A stretch of DNA of 46,694 nt from a virus (lineage: Duplodnaviria; Caudoviricetes), in the IMG/VR virus record IMGVR_UViG_3300037424_000783, positions 1 through 46,694 of that record, one strand, 5' to 3'. Both the position numbers and the translations under genes were made by a program. The notes beneath the pieces were generated by a model. The model did not search any database. It worked only from the letters and a program-made list of their open reading frames with translations, and was not told the origin of the DNA. Shown here piece by piece: positions 8,068 through 17,107 of the stretch; the first letter of the stretch is position 1, and every line of letters begins with the position of its first letter.

Positions 8068-8337
8068 ATATAAAAGAAAAATATTTTATTAGTCCTATAA
8101 CCAAAGCCAGGTCGCAATATATATAGTCCTATAAGTAATGCCAGGTCCAGGGTGGATAGTCTGATAAGTTGTGGTCCGATAGCCTTTAGCGTCCAGCTAA
8201 AGAATAGTCCGATAAATGTATTATGTTATAGGTATCTAAATAGTCCGATAAATAGATATGGTTATAGGATCATTGAAGGTCCGATAAGGGTATGCCAGTT
8301 TTATACCGATAATGTTTTTGTTATCGGAACGTCCGAA

Positions 8338-8351
8338 AACCCCACGGGGTT
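8338..8351. other. Palindrome at the compositional boundary; candidate genome end or packaging site
   Basis: AACCCC-AC-GGGGTT right after the last motif copy; lies at the divergence of transcription. Confidence 0.3.
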
Positions 8352-8597
8352 CACGCGCACCCGGATTCTCAAATCCAACCAAAGTTAGAATCAAAGAATA
8401 CTAATCTATGGCGTCATGCATCGTTCCGCGTTGCGGAACAAGGGTATGCCCATTATAAAAATGAAAAAGTAAAGTGCTCGCTGATCTACAAAATGTTACT
8501 AAAAAAATCTGGGGCTTAATGTAAATTTAATAAGATATTGGGTATAATGGTATGAGTGGATTGTTAACTAAGTAATTTTTTAAAAAGGAGAAATGTT

Positions 8598-8987
8598 ATG
8601 GGTTTTGGTCCAGTAACGTTCGCAACAGCACAAAGCGTAGATGAAGTAGCTCCGGGTTCCCCAGCTTTTAATAGCGTAACACAACCACCCGGACAAGATG
8701 AGAAGTATACGTGTTCACTTACACTCCCAACCACAGATTCTGATGGTACTCCGCTAACCGGGCTTACAAAGCTTGCCGTATTCACAACCATCAAAGAAGG
8801 CGACGTAAATCCGTATGAAGGTCTTTCTATGGATCAAATTATAGCACTTAACAATGAACAGAATGGTGTAATAATGACTCTTGATCCAGCAGTAAATACT
8901 CCGGGATCTGTTGTAGAAGTTGAACTTCCAATTATACTACTTGGTTCAACACAGCAATTTGCCGCTGCTTGTTCGGATGAAGCATAA
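8598..8987 (+). CDS. Acidic beta-rich protein, FN3/Ig-like
   Basis: AGGAG SD; PTTDSDGTPLTGL resembles the PTxxxDGxxLTDL segment of bacterial FN3-like domains. Confidence 0.6.
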   Translation: MGFGPVTFATAQSVDEVAPGSPAFNSVTQPPGQDEKYTCSLTLPTTDSDGTPLTGLTKLAVFTTIKEGDVNPYEGLSMDQIIALNNEQNGVIMTLDPAVNTPGSVVEVELPIILLGSTQQFAAACSDEA

Positions 8988-9183
8988 TGTATAGTAGAAC
9001 TTCAATGACAACAGCAACGTCTAGACCCAAAAGTGGTTTATTAGGTAAGATTTACAGTCTATTAGTAATTTTTGAAAGGATCGTGATCTTTCTAGCAAAT
9101 CTCAAAAAGAAGTTCAGTTGTTACTGTAAATGCGCGTATATTCGTGCATTTATGTAACAATCACCCATAAGAACTTTACTGTC

Positions 9184-9219
9184 AAGCCCCGTTCCCTAAA
9201 AAGAGCGGGGTTTGTCTTT
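9184..9219 (+). terminator. Rho-independent terminator
   Basis: AAGCCCCGTTC/GAGCGGGGTTT stem followed by a T-rich tail. Confidence 0.65.
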
Positions 9220-9324
9220 GGTCCCATAAGAATATTTAAAAATAAAAAGAACATAGCATTCTAAAATACGTATAATATTATATGAGAATCAAAAAAAATA
9301 AGATAGTTAAAAAGGAAATGTAAA

Positions 9325-9990
9325 ATGGGATTTACGTACAATATACAACATAGATTTGATATTTGTAGTTGTTTTATAGAATCTCTAATATCGACAAAAG
9401 CAGAACACGTTTTAGATTTGGGTCCGGGGGATGGTGAATTCTCTCATCTCATGCTAGATGCGGGATTCAACGTAACGGCGATAGGTAACGAAGAGAGTGA
9501 CGGAGTAAAAGAACTAAAAAGAAAGTATGCTAATTTTAAATTCATAGATAAAGATCTAAATGATTATGATTTTTCGGATCTACATTATAAACCAGATGGG
9601 ATATTTGCTTCTCATGTTATGGAACATTTATATAGCCCATTTGATTTCTTAGTTAATTGTAACGCCATATTAAGAAAAAATGATGGTTTACTTTGTATAA
9701 TTGTTCCTCCATACAAACATCAAGTTGTAGATAACCATACATTCGTTGGTTGGAATGTGGGCCATTTAATGACACTAATGTTAAGAGCAGGCATAAATAT
9801 TAAAGACGGAAGATATCATACAGTAGATTACAATGTTGTCGCGATAGTGAGTAAAGGAACCTCTGGAGTTCTAGGAAGCGACGTACCAATACTAACTCGT
9901 CACGCCGATCTTTTCCCACCCGTCATTCAAGAAGAATTAAAAAGAAATAAAGAACATTTTAATGGTGAAATAAAAAGCATCAATTGGTAG
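9325..9990 (+). CDS. Class I SAM-dependent methyltransferase (small-molecule or glycan type)
   Basis: VLDLGPGDG motif I; SHVMEHL; GLLCIIVP. Confidence 0.85.
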   Translation: MGFTYNIQHRFDICSCFIESLISTKAEHVLDLGPGDGEFSHLMLDAGFNVTAIGNEESDGVKELKRKYANFKFIDKDLNDYDFSDLHYKPDGIFASHVMEHLYSPFDFLVNCNAILRKNDGLLCIIVPPYKHQVVDNHTFVGWNVGHLMTLMLRAGINIKDGRYHTVDYNVVAIVSKGTSGVLGSDVPILTRHADLFPPVIQEELKRNKEHFNGEIKSINW

Positions 9991-10001
9991 AGAAATTGTA
10001 A

Positions 10002-10196
10002 ATGGAATGCCAGAAGATTAAAACTTATTTATGGATGATTGTTTTTTATATTTGTTTCTTCTTTAGATTTATTAAAATTTTATTTACTATACTATATTGT
10101 AAATTAGGATTTCATTATCCAAAATTTTGTAAAATAGATATGATCCATAAATGCGAATGGTGTAATAAAAGATTTCGTAATCACGAATGGTTTTAA
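10002..10196 (+). CDS. Small membrane/Zn-binding hypothetical protein
   Basis: Hydrophobic N-half; CKLGFH...CEWC. Confidence 0.5.
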   Translation: MECQKIKTYLWMIVFYICFFFRFIKILFTILYCKLGFHYPKFCKIDMIHKCEWCNKRFRNHEWF

Positions 10197-10211
10197 GAAA
10201 GATTTATTTAA

Positions 10212-10421
10212 ATGATGGTATTTAGAATTTATAAAAACGATAAAGGATTTTACTTTACAGGAAATAATGGAAAGATAACAATAGGTTTAGATGGTATCCC
10301 AAGTATTCATGATGCATTAGTTATCATAGGAATGGAAATAAGTAAAAGAGATATAAGATTCGCAGAAATCTATTCAGAAGACGAAATACTAACTAAGCTT
10401 AGATGGTTAAACAGAGAGTAG
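10212..10421 (+). CDS. Hypothetical protein
   Basis: Tiles with neighbouring ORFs. Confidence 0.55.
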   Translation: MMVFRIYKNDKGFYFTGNNGKITIGLDGIPSIHDALVIIGMEISKRDIRFAEIYSEDEILTKLRWLNRE

Positions 10422-10432
10422 GTTAGAGTCAT

Positions 10433-10834
10433 ATGTCCAGATATACAATAATACTATGTTGTCTTGCCCTAGCAACCGCAGGTTGCGAAAAACTTTCGGC
10501 TCCCATACCACCATCTTTAAAAGCGACTAAAAAAGAACCGGAATTATTTAATAAAATCTGTGTTGTACAAAAAATAATTAATATACCAGCATATTCACTT
10601 AGTGATGAAAATGGTTCATTCCATTATGAAGCTGTTAACGGTATTGTTTTTTATTGTTCGGATGAAATATTTTGTGTTACAGACGATAAATTAATTAAGG
10701 ATCTATCCGTCGATGATAATGTAATAGTTACTTATAGAAAAGCAACTAAAACAATTTATAATTCGAATAAACAAGTAGCCAGTGAACAAACTTATAATAT
10801 ATTTGTTGACGCCAAGAAAGTGGATTGTAAATGA
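10433..10834 (+). CDS. Putative lipoprotein
   Basis: Signal peptide ending in lipobox-like LATAG-C. Confidence 0.65.
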   Translation: MSRYTIILCCLALATAGCEKLSAPIPPSLKATKKEPELFNKICVVQKIINIPAYSLSDENGSFHYEAVNGIVFYCSDEIFCVTDDKLIKDLSVDDNVIVTYRKATKTIYNSNKQVASEQTYNIFVDAKKVDCK

Positions 10835-11109
10835 ATTTCTTCAAAACACCAGAGTTCATATCCGTAACAATAGGCACCATAATACTTGGTAGTCTAGCTT
10901 TATATCTAGGAATAGGAATTGGTAAAACCCAATACTCGACCAGTATAGATGTAGAAAGAAGAGATGTCACCATTAATTTAATTGGTGATGGGTGTGTTAA
11001 AGTCGTTTATTATGAAGGATTAGTTAAACAATTTGTTAATAATTCATTAGTTAATGAAAAATTAATAGTTACGAACTTTTCTCATGCAGAAAGAGTAGAA
11101 TGTCCATGA
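10831..11109 (+). CDS. Membrane-anchored hypothetical protein
   Basis: N-terminal TM segment; 4-nt overlap with previous gene. Confidence 0.6.
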   Translation: MNFFKTPEFISVTIGTIILGSLALYLGIGIGKTQYSTSIDVERRDVTINLIGDGCVKVVYYEGLVKQFVNNSLVNEKLIVTNFSHAERVECP

Positions 11110-11300
11110 AAAGTTTAAAATGTATATTTGGTTTTCACAAATGGCGGTTTTGGACCACATGGATAATAGATCCTATATATAAGTATAATTTTAAGGAATG
11201 TACTAGATGCGGTAAGACAGACAGGGATATTGAAGTTGAATTGAAACTGTATGCGGCAAATAGAGGTTGGAAATATGAGTATAAGAATCAGAACAGTTGA
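11100..11300 (+). CDS. Small Zn-binding phage protein
   Basis: KCIFGFHKW...ECTRCG. Confidence 0.65.
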   Translation: MSMKSLKCIFGFHKWRFWTTWIIDPIYKYNFKECTRCGKTDRDIEVELKLYAANRGWKYEYKNQNS

Positions 11301-11517
11301 CGGAATTAAAGTAGCTCTTTGTGGCTTTGAAACAGATCCAATGCCAGACGATATATATCTGGATGATGGGTGTCACTATGCTTTGGCGGCTAAGTTTTGT
11401 AGGGATTGGCAAGACCAAGTAGTTGATTGGGAATATCCAGAAGAATGGAAAAGAATGGATACCCAAAAAGTAAGAGATGCAGAAAAAGATTTTGAAATAA
11501 TGGTGAGGGATGATTAA
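11275..11517 (+). CDS. Hypothetical protein
   Basis: GAGG SD before MSIRIRT; start refined. Confidence 0.6.
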   Translation: MSIRIRTVDGIKVALCGFETDPMPDDIYLDDGCHYALAAKFCRDWQDQVVDWEYPEEWKRMDTQKVRDAEKDFEIMVRDD

Positions 11518-11608
11518 TGATAGAATGGTGCGAAGTTATAATCTCTCCTATTATAGTAGTATTGGTATTTCTATTTATTGTTTTTGGAATTAGGAAGGAA
11601 GATAAAAT

Positions 11609-12013
11609 ATGAATTTAAACTTAGGACCATTTGATAGATGTGCAGACGTTTTGCCCAATGGGGCATATCCAGAATACGGTGTTTTTGATAATCATAAATA
11701 TTTTGGTATAACTAATTCGGATGGAACAATTAGAAAATTGGATACGCAATTTGGAACCGTGATGTGTCCATTGATTACGGTAGCATACGTTTGTGAAGAA
11801 AAAGGAGATACGCCAGAAAATAGACAATTATTTATTGATACAATTTCTATAAAAGTGATAAGATTAATTTTAGATCTTCATAATAATTTTGAAAAATTAA
11901 TAGACTTTAATAAGTTGTTTATTCCAATTAGACAAGATATAACTATACACTTAGATCCAAAACATAATGAATTATATGGTTACGTTGAATTAGGGATGAT
12001 GATTTTTATTTAA
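11609..12013 (+). CDS. Hypothetical protein
   Basis: 134-aa ORF with GGAAG SD. Confidence 0.65.
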   Translation: MNLNLGPFDRCADVLPNGAYPEYGVFDNHKYFGITNSDGTIRKLDTQFGTVMCPLITVAYVCEEKGDTPENRQLFIDTISIKVIRLILDLHNNFEKLIDFNKLFIPIRQDITIHLDPKHNELYGYVELGMMIFI

Positions 12014-12043
12014 TAGATTGTCTGGTGTGACGGAGTAGATTAC

Positions 12044-12244
12044 ATGATACATTGTTGGAGCGATACACCTGTTATAGAGTTACGTAAAATCATAGATTTA
12101 TTTGAGCAATCTTTGATACAAGTTAACAGATGTGTATTTTGTCATGAACAAGAATATGATACAGGAAGTATAAATCATAAGAAAAGCTGCGAGATAAGTA
12201 GAGCAAGAGATTTGTTAACAAGTTTATTATGCGGAGATGACTAA
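12044..12244 (+). CDS. Small Zn-binding protein
   Basis: GGAG SD; CVFC...H...C. Confidence 0.6.
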   Translation: MIHCWSDTPVIELRKIIDLFEQSLIQVNRCVFCHEQEYDTGSINHKKSCEISRARDLLTSLLCGDD

Positions 12245-12790
12245 ATGAACCAAAAAGAACTTGATTTAATATATATGAAAGAAGCTTATAGGGTTGGTTC
12301 TAGATTTAGTACCGACTATAGCACACAGAACGGGGCTATAATAACATATCCATACACCAATAAAATAGTTTCCTTTGGCGCTAATTATTTTCCAGATAAA
12401 GTTAAAGAAACTCCCGAAAGGTGGGAACGTCCATTAAAATATTCTTATGTAGAACATGCAGAAAGAAATGCTATTTATCAGGCAGCTAGTTGCGGTAAAT
12501 GTACAAACGGATGTACTATGTATTGTTATTGGGCGGCTTGTGCCGATTGTGCGAGGGCAATCATACAATCTGGTATTAAAAGATTGGTTACACACAAAAT
12601 TATCATGGATATTTCGCACGAACGCTGGAAGGATACGATTGAGTTAGCTTTCGGTATGCTAAGGGAGGCGGGCGTTCAGTTAGACCAAGTAGAGGATCCA
12701 ATCGAGGAATATCAGATTAGATTTAACGGCGAGTTGTGGACACCAAATGGAAAACAAAATGACCAGAGAAATCTGCAAAATTTGCTATAA
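12245..12790 (+). CDS. dCMP deaminase
   Basis: HAERNAI and CADCARAIIQSGIK Zn-deaminase motifs. Confidence 0.9.
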   Translation: MNQKELDLIYMKEAYRVGSRFSTDYSTQNGAIITYPYTNKIVSFGANYFPDKVKETPERWERPLKYSYVEHAERNAIYQAASCGKCTNGCTMYCYWAACADCARAIIQSGIKRLVTHKIIMDISHERWKDTIELAFGMLREAGVQLDQVEDPIEEYQIRFNGELWTPNGKQNDQRNLQNLL

Positions 12791-12980
12791 AGTGAATAGG
12801 GTGGGATTTAAAGTACCAGATGACTATTGGCGTCTTGTTATTCCAAGAATATTTAAAAACTCTGTTGTTTGTTTAAATTGTTTTATAGAATTAGCAGACG
12901 AACATTTTATTTCATGGGATAAAGAAATAGAATTTTATCCGGTAAGTTTTAAAACGCATTTGGAGATGACCAATGTGTGA
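12759..12980 (+). CDS. Small Zn-finger protein
   Basis: CKIC...W...CLNCF. Confidence 0.6.
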   Translation: MTREICKICYKVNRVGFKVPDDYWRLVIPRIFKNSVVCLNCFIELADEHFISWDKEIEFYPVSFKTHLEMTNV

Positions 12981-13371
12981 ATGTGGCTGTTCATCCTGTG
13001 GGGAATTTTGGAAGTTACCGGGACTAAAGGGAACTTTTTATATAGTCCAAAAATATCCCGGATGCAAGGGATGTTCTGCTCCATGTGGCGTAGTTATTCA
13101 AAAAATAACCAAAGAAAATCATGATTATGATTTTTATAACGAAACAAAAGATTTTGAATTTATAGGTGACGAATGTTTTCGGTTCGTCACAATAGGATTT
13201 TTCTCTCATGAGGATTTATATATCAAGCTTAAAAAGTATCTTATAAAATACTTTAAAGATAGAGATTGTTCATTACTAGAAGACGAAGATTGTAATTTAC
13301 AACATTTGGATCATATTGATGCTGATACTATAGCAGAGGAATTTTCGGATGAATTCTTTAATGAAAAATAA
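12973..13371 (+). CDS. Cys-rich hypothetical protein
   Basis: GGAG SD; MCECGCSSC...CKGC. Confidence 0.65.
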   Translation: MCECGCSSCGEFWKLPGLKGTFYIVQKYPGCKGCSAPCGVVIQKITKENHDYDFYNETKDFEFIGDECFRFVTIGFFSHEDLYIKLKKYLIKYFKDRDCSLLEDEDCNLQHLDHIDADTIAEEFSDEFFNEK

Positions 13372-13561
13372 TATAGAATTAAATAAATTTAAAATTGAAA
13401 TTAGACAAGCTTTGGCTGATTATATTTCATCAGAAGGATGTAGTTGTTGTCAAAGTATTGATAGACACAACAAAGCAGAAGCTGAATTGGCCAATCTTTT
13501 AGATGTACCCAAATATAGTGACGGAAGCGGATACGATTTTAGTAAATTTGAAACCAGCTAA
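13361..13561 (+). CDS. Hypothetical protein
   Basis: SEGCSCC motif; overlapping start/stop. Confidence 0.6.
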   Translation: MKNNIELNKFKIEIRQALADYISSEGCSCCQSIDRHNKAEAELANLLDVPKYSDGSGYDFSKFETS

Positions 13562-13583
13562 TCTGTCTTGCATGGTATATATT

Positions 13584-13757
13584 ATGGAAAATGAAGATAA
13601 AAGATTAGATCAAATATTTCAGGACGAACATCCACTTTGTAATTTTTACAATCATTGTGATGAATGTCGTAAATATTGGAATCGTATGGTTTATGAAGAA
13701 TTATGGGAACCATATAAAGGATGGACAGATAAGGCAATAGCAGAGTTTTTAAAATGA
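13584..13757 (+). CDS. Hypothetical protein
   Basis: C-x4-CxxC; start refined to MENEDK. Confidence 0.5.
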   Translation: MENEDKRLDQIFQDEHPLCNFYNHCDECRKYWNRMVYEELWEPYKGWTDKAIAEFLK

Positions 13758-14026
13758 AAATATATGAATTAATGGTTAAGTTTGAATTTTCTTGGTATAA
13801 TATAAGATGTTGGGTTCCGTTTAATGATTCCAAAGATAAAATTCCAGATTATCATGATTTGGCAGAACTTTTTAGAGCATTTTTATGTTCTGATTGGATC
13901 AGATTTCGTGATACATCACAACTTGAAATAGCAGAAACTCTAGGAGAAGAATTTACTTTAAATGCCGTAGAAGTAACTAATAAAGAAACTGGTATGGGTG
14001 TTGTATTTTATAGGGAATGGCCATGA
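13754..14026 (+). CDS. Hypothetical protein
   Basis: ATGA overlap with previous gene. Confidence 0.6.
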   Translation: MKIYELMVKFEFSWYNIRCWVPFNDSKDKIPDYHDLAELFRAFLCSDWIRFRDTSQLEIAETLGEEFTLNAVEVTNKETGMGVVFYREWP

Positions 14027-14223
14027 TGATAGAACAATGTAAAAAAGGGAATCATAAATTAGTCTTTATATATCGTAATTACATTAATCATTTAGAAGAA
14101 GATGTTGTCAGATGGTGTAATTTGTGTGGTTCTATAGTTATAGATTCAGAATCTGATGGAAGAATTTATCCGGGTACAATAATGAAGATGAAATCACCTT
14201 TAATTTTGAATGGAGAGATATAA
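14017..14223 (+). CDS. Small Zn-binding protein
   Basis: C-x4-H...VRWCNLCG. Confidence 0.6.
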   Translation: MAMMIEQCKKGNHKLVFIYRNYINHLEEDVVRWCNLCGSIVIDSESDGRIYPGTIMKMKSPLILNGEI

Positions 14224-14454
14224 TGGATTTTATAGATTTGGCATTTAGATATATTAAAATATTTATCGCTTTTATAGCTGCGCTTTTAATATATTTCGGA
14301 TATTTTATAGCAAGTTTTTTCAAGAGAAAATAAAAGAAAGGATATCAATGAAGTTTCGTAAAAAGAAAAGATGTTTAGGATGTGCTAATGTATGTAAATT
14401 GTTTTTGGGATTTTGTTGGAATTGTTGGAACGATAATAATTAGCGGAGAATAAT

Positions 14455-14811
14455 ATGAATTGGTATAGAATAACTCTTGTGGATGATTCAACATGTTTTT
14501 ATGAGATAAATCTTAATGTTGATGGTCTAATATCAGAAATGTATGAGAATCATCCATTAAAAATTGAAAGAACTATTGTTTTAATTCCCCATAATCAAAA
14601 TAACAAACAGGGGGTACTTGCTGTAGAGCCGAAAAAAATCAATCCCATGTTTATGAGTTGCGACGACAAACAAGAATATATTTGTGCGAACAAAATAGTA
14701 TCGTTCGGCGTAGTAGATGTAGAGAGTGAAGCTTGGACCAAAATTTACGAAAACGTCTACAAAGAATCTAACTTAGTTAGACCAAATATGAGATTAGTTC
14801 TTCCGGAATAG
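14455..14811 (+). CDS. Hypothetical protein
   Basis: GGAG SD; 118 aa. Confidence 0.7.
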   Translation: MNWYRITLVDDSTCFYEINLNVDGLISEMYENHPLKIERTIVLIPHNQNNKQGVLAVEPKKINPMFMSCDDKQEYICANKIVSFGVVDVESEAWTKIYENVYKESNLVRPNMRLVLPE

Positions 14812-14820
14812 GGATAATTT

Positions 14821-15054
14821 ATGGCTAAATTAAAAGGACCAATTTATAAAGAAGTAAATACTCAATCATGTAACGAGTTACTGGAAAAATTATTAGCCAC
14901 ATGTCAAGAATTAGATTTTGTATGTAGGGCTAATGAACCGATTTCAAGAGGGGGGACAAGGGTGGGTTATGGGGTCAGCGAATCTAAGAAAGCTATAGTT
15001 TGTGACACCGTTATAAGTATAGTAAAAGAAATAAAGAAGATTAAGGGATGGTAG
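14821..15054 (+). CDS. Hypothetical protein
   Basis: Tiles in operon. Confidence 0.6.
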   Translation: MAKLKGPIYKEVNTQSCNELLEKLLATCQELDFVCRANEPISRGGTRVGYGVSESKKAIVCDTVISIVKEIKKIKGW

Positions 15055-15146
15055 ATATTTTAATTGGTTTTATATTACAGTCGATTATTGTATTATCTTA
15101 TTTTTTGGATTGTTTAATAAACTTTTGTTTTTAAAAGGAAAAGAAA

Positions 15147-15365
15147 ATGGTTAAGGGTGATAGTGTATCGGTTGTTAGTTGTCCAGAATGCGAAATTCTT
15201 CAAGGAAAAGTCGGAGTAGTAAAAGAAGTAAATGAAGCTGGCGATAAGGTTCGTATCAGTTTTGGTAAGGGTCGTCCACAAAAGGGTCGCCCCGAATGGT
15301 TTAATGTGTCTGGTCTACAAGTATCAGTACAAAGCAATGTCGGTTTGCAAGTTAACGGATTATAA
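15147..15365 (+). CDS. KOW/SH3-like small protein
   Basis: KGDSVSVV...GKVGVVKEV pattern. Confidence 0.6.
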   Translation: MVKGDSVSVVSCPECEILQGKVGVVKEVNEAGDKVRISFGKGRPQKGRPEWFNVSGLQVSVQSNVGLQVNGL

Positions 15366-15366
15366 T

Positions 15367-15606
15367 ATGGAATTACAAATTAAATGCGATTTATTGCGTG
15401 GGGCGTTAGATCAACTTATATCTGCTTCAAAAATTTGTATTGAAAATGGGTTTAATAATTCTTCGATACTTAAAAGATATTGTTATCAAGCCGAAGAAAT
15501 ACTTAAAAAAGTAGAATCTGATGCAAAACCAGAAAGGGGGGTTATGGCTCCTTATAGTGGGATTAGAGGGGTCTCTATGGACGGATTTATAAAGGATGAA
15601 ATATGA
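15367..15606 (+). CDS. Hypothetical protein
   Basis: Start refined to MELQIKC directly after the previous stop. Confidence 0.55.
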   Translation: MELQIKCDLLRGALDQLISASKICIENGFNNSSILKRYCYQAEEILKKVESDAKPERGVMAPYSGIRGVSMDGFIKDEI

Positions 15607-15848
15607 ATAATATTACAGATACACAAAGAATAGAATTTCTAGAGAAACAAAACAATGGCAATGACTGTATCTTTAGACAATCTACTACGGGTAGAGGCTG
15701 GAGATTGCATCAAACATCTGACAGGGAATGTGTGGTGTTAACGGGAATATCACCATTTTCTTCGGTTAGAAAAGCTATAGATTATGCTATTATGCAATCT
15801 ATGCCTAAGATAGAAAATACTAATCAATTGGATGGTCATAATGCATAA
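15603..15848 (+). CDS. Hypothetical phage protein
   Basis: TDTQRIEFL...RKAIDYA pattern typical of small phage proteins. Confidence 0.65.
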   Translation: MNNITDTQRIEFLEKQNNGNDCIFRQSTTGRGWRLHQTSDRECVVLTGISPFSSVRKAIDYAIMQSMPKIENTNQLDGHNA

Positions 15849-16284
15849 GTTGGAACCTTGTTTAAGATGGATAGAGTCTTGGCGTACAGATACGAGCAAT
15901 GTACTCAAAATGAAGTATTGGCAAAATAGGGCGTGGTATGCAGAGATTATCCTTAAAATATGTTTTAGAAATAAGACTAAAAATAGAGCCGAACATATTA
16001 GGGGTCTAGAACAAAAGATAGCTAATCAAGCACATCAAATACAATGTATGCAGGACACATTAGAACTTAGGAATGTGGAAAGAAAAGCTTTAAATATTTT
16101 GGTTGGTTGCGATGGCCCATGCAATAAACCGTACATGGATGATCCATCCAGTGTAACTCCAGAAGTAATAAGAATGGTAGATTGGCACTACAAACGCTTT
16201 ATGAATTGGTGCAATAGGGGCGGATTCGAGGCTCATCAAAAATATATAGAGGAATATAAAGGAAGTAGATATGGACCTAAGTAA
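15832..16284 (+). CDS. Hypothetical coiled-coil protein
   Basis: 150-aa ORF overlapping neighbours. Confidence 0.6.
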   Translation: MVIMHKLEPCLRWIESWRTDTSNVLKMKYWQNRAWYAEIILKICFRNKTKNRAEHIRGLEQKIANQAHQIQCMQDTLELRNVERKALNILVGCDGPCNKPYMDDPSSVTPEVIRMVDWHYKRFMNWCNRGGFEAHQKYIEEYKGSRYGPK

Positions 16285-16531
16285 ACCAATGTTTTCTTTT
16301 AAGAACAAAACAGATAAAGAATATTTAAAATTAAAACATAAAGCATATAAAAAAATAGCAAAAAGCATGAAGAGGGGCTTATCTCATTACACTTTATATT
16401 GCCCATCCGGTTGGTCCTATGAATTATGGGGGCATACGACAATGAAGCTGTCAAGAGATTTCGAAAAATTAGGAATAAAAAGTATTCCAAATATAAATAA
16501 AATAACATTCACATGGACTCACATATTATAA
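16271..16531 (+). CDS. Basic hypothetical protein
   Basis: AAGGAAG SD. Confidence 0.55.
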   Translation: MDLSKPMFSFKNKTDKEYLKLKHKAYKKIAKSMKRGLSHYTLYCPSGWSYELWGHTTMKLSRDFEKLGIKSIPNINKITFTWTHIL

Positions 16532-16544
16532 TTTGGAGTAATAA

Positions 16545-16814
16545 ATGAAAATTAAATTTAATTTAACAAAACCGGAACAAACCCATGTGTACTTTTCGGT
16601 CGAGCAAGAAAAAAGGGAACCACTTATCTATTATATTAATAATAAGATATTAACAGAAGATCAATTCTTAAATATTAATAATTTAATATTAGAAGGTAAT
16701 TATTTTGGGGTTTTGGGTTATTTAGAGAAAATATCTAATTTATCATTAGATTATGTTAGCGTTTTTAATTTGTGTAATTTTATATTAAAAACATTTATAT
16801 TGGAGAGGGTTTGA
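16545..16814 (+). CDS. Hypothetical protein
   Basis: GGAG SD. Confidence 0.55.
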   Translation: MKIKFNLTKPEQTHVYFSVEQEKREPLIYYINNKILTEDQFLNINNLILEGNYFGVLGYLEKISNLSLDYVSVFNLCNFILKTFILERV

Positions 16815-17107
16815 TGCCATACATAAAACAAGAACATAGAAATTATTTAGATGGATATATAGTTGAATTGGCCACAAGGCTCATAGGGAAAAAAACACAT
16901 AATAATATTTTATGTGGTGAATTAAACTATATAATTTTTAAAATCACAAAAATATTGACAAATCCAGATATTGTTGGTGGTGAAAAAAGTTATGCCAGAT
17001 TTAATGCAATAATTGGTGCTCTCGAATGTTGTAAACAAGAAATATATAGAAGAATGATTGGCCCCCATGAAGATTCTAAGATCATTGAAAATGGTGATGT
17101 TATATGA
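16814..17107 (+). CDS. Conserved phage protein of unknown function
   Basis: MPYIK...GELNY...GALECCKQEIYRR...ENGDV, a widespread phage family pattern. Confidence 0.75.
   Translation: MPYIKQEHRNYLDGYIVELATRLIGKKTHNNILCGELNYIIFKITKILTNPDIVGGEKSYARFNAIIGALECCKQEIYRRMIGPHEDSKIIENGDVI

Larger units (their letters stand above)
4990..8340 (+). repeat. Dispersed, strand-biased GTCCNATAA (core CCGATAA) motif field
   Basis: By eye ~19 exact GTCCGATA on + between 6567 and 8286 versus ~3 on -, plus GTCCTATAA, GTCCAATAA, GTCCCATAA and many CCGATAA; only isolated core matches noticed elsewhere. Confidence 0.9.

Noticed and set aside
6540-8340. CRISPR or TIGR-type guide array
   Set aside because: Repeat is only ~9 bp, irregularly spaced, occurs in both orientations and inside SD-led genes; only 2-3 units show a 36-bp step; no Cas or Nop-domain gene recognised in the window
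10433-11109. Spanin pair or lysis cassette
   Set aside because: Order is lipoprotein then TM protein, neither has spanin-like coiled-coil or Pro-rich character, and no endolysin or holin is adjacent
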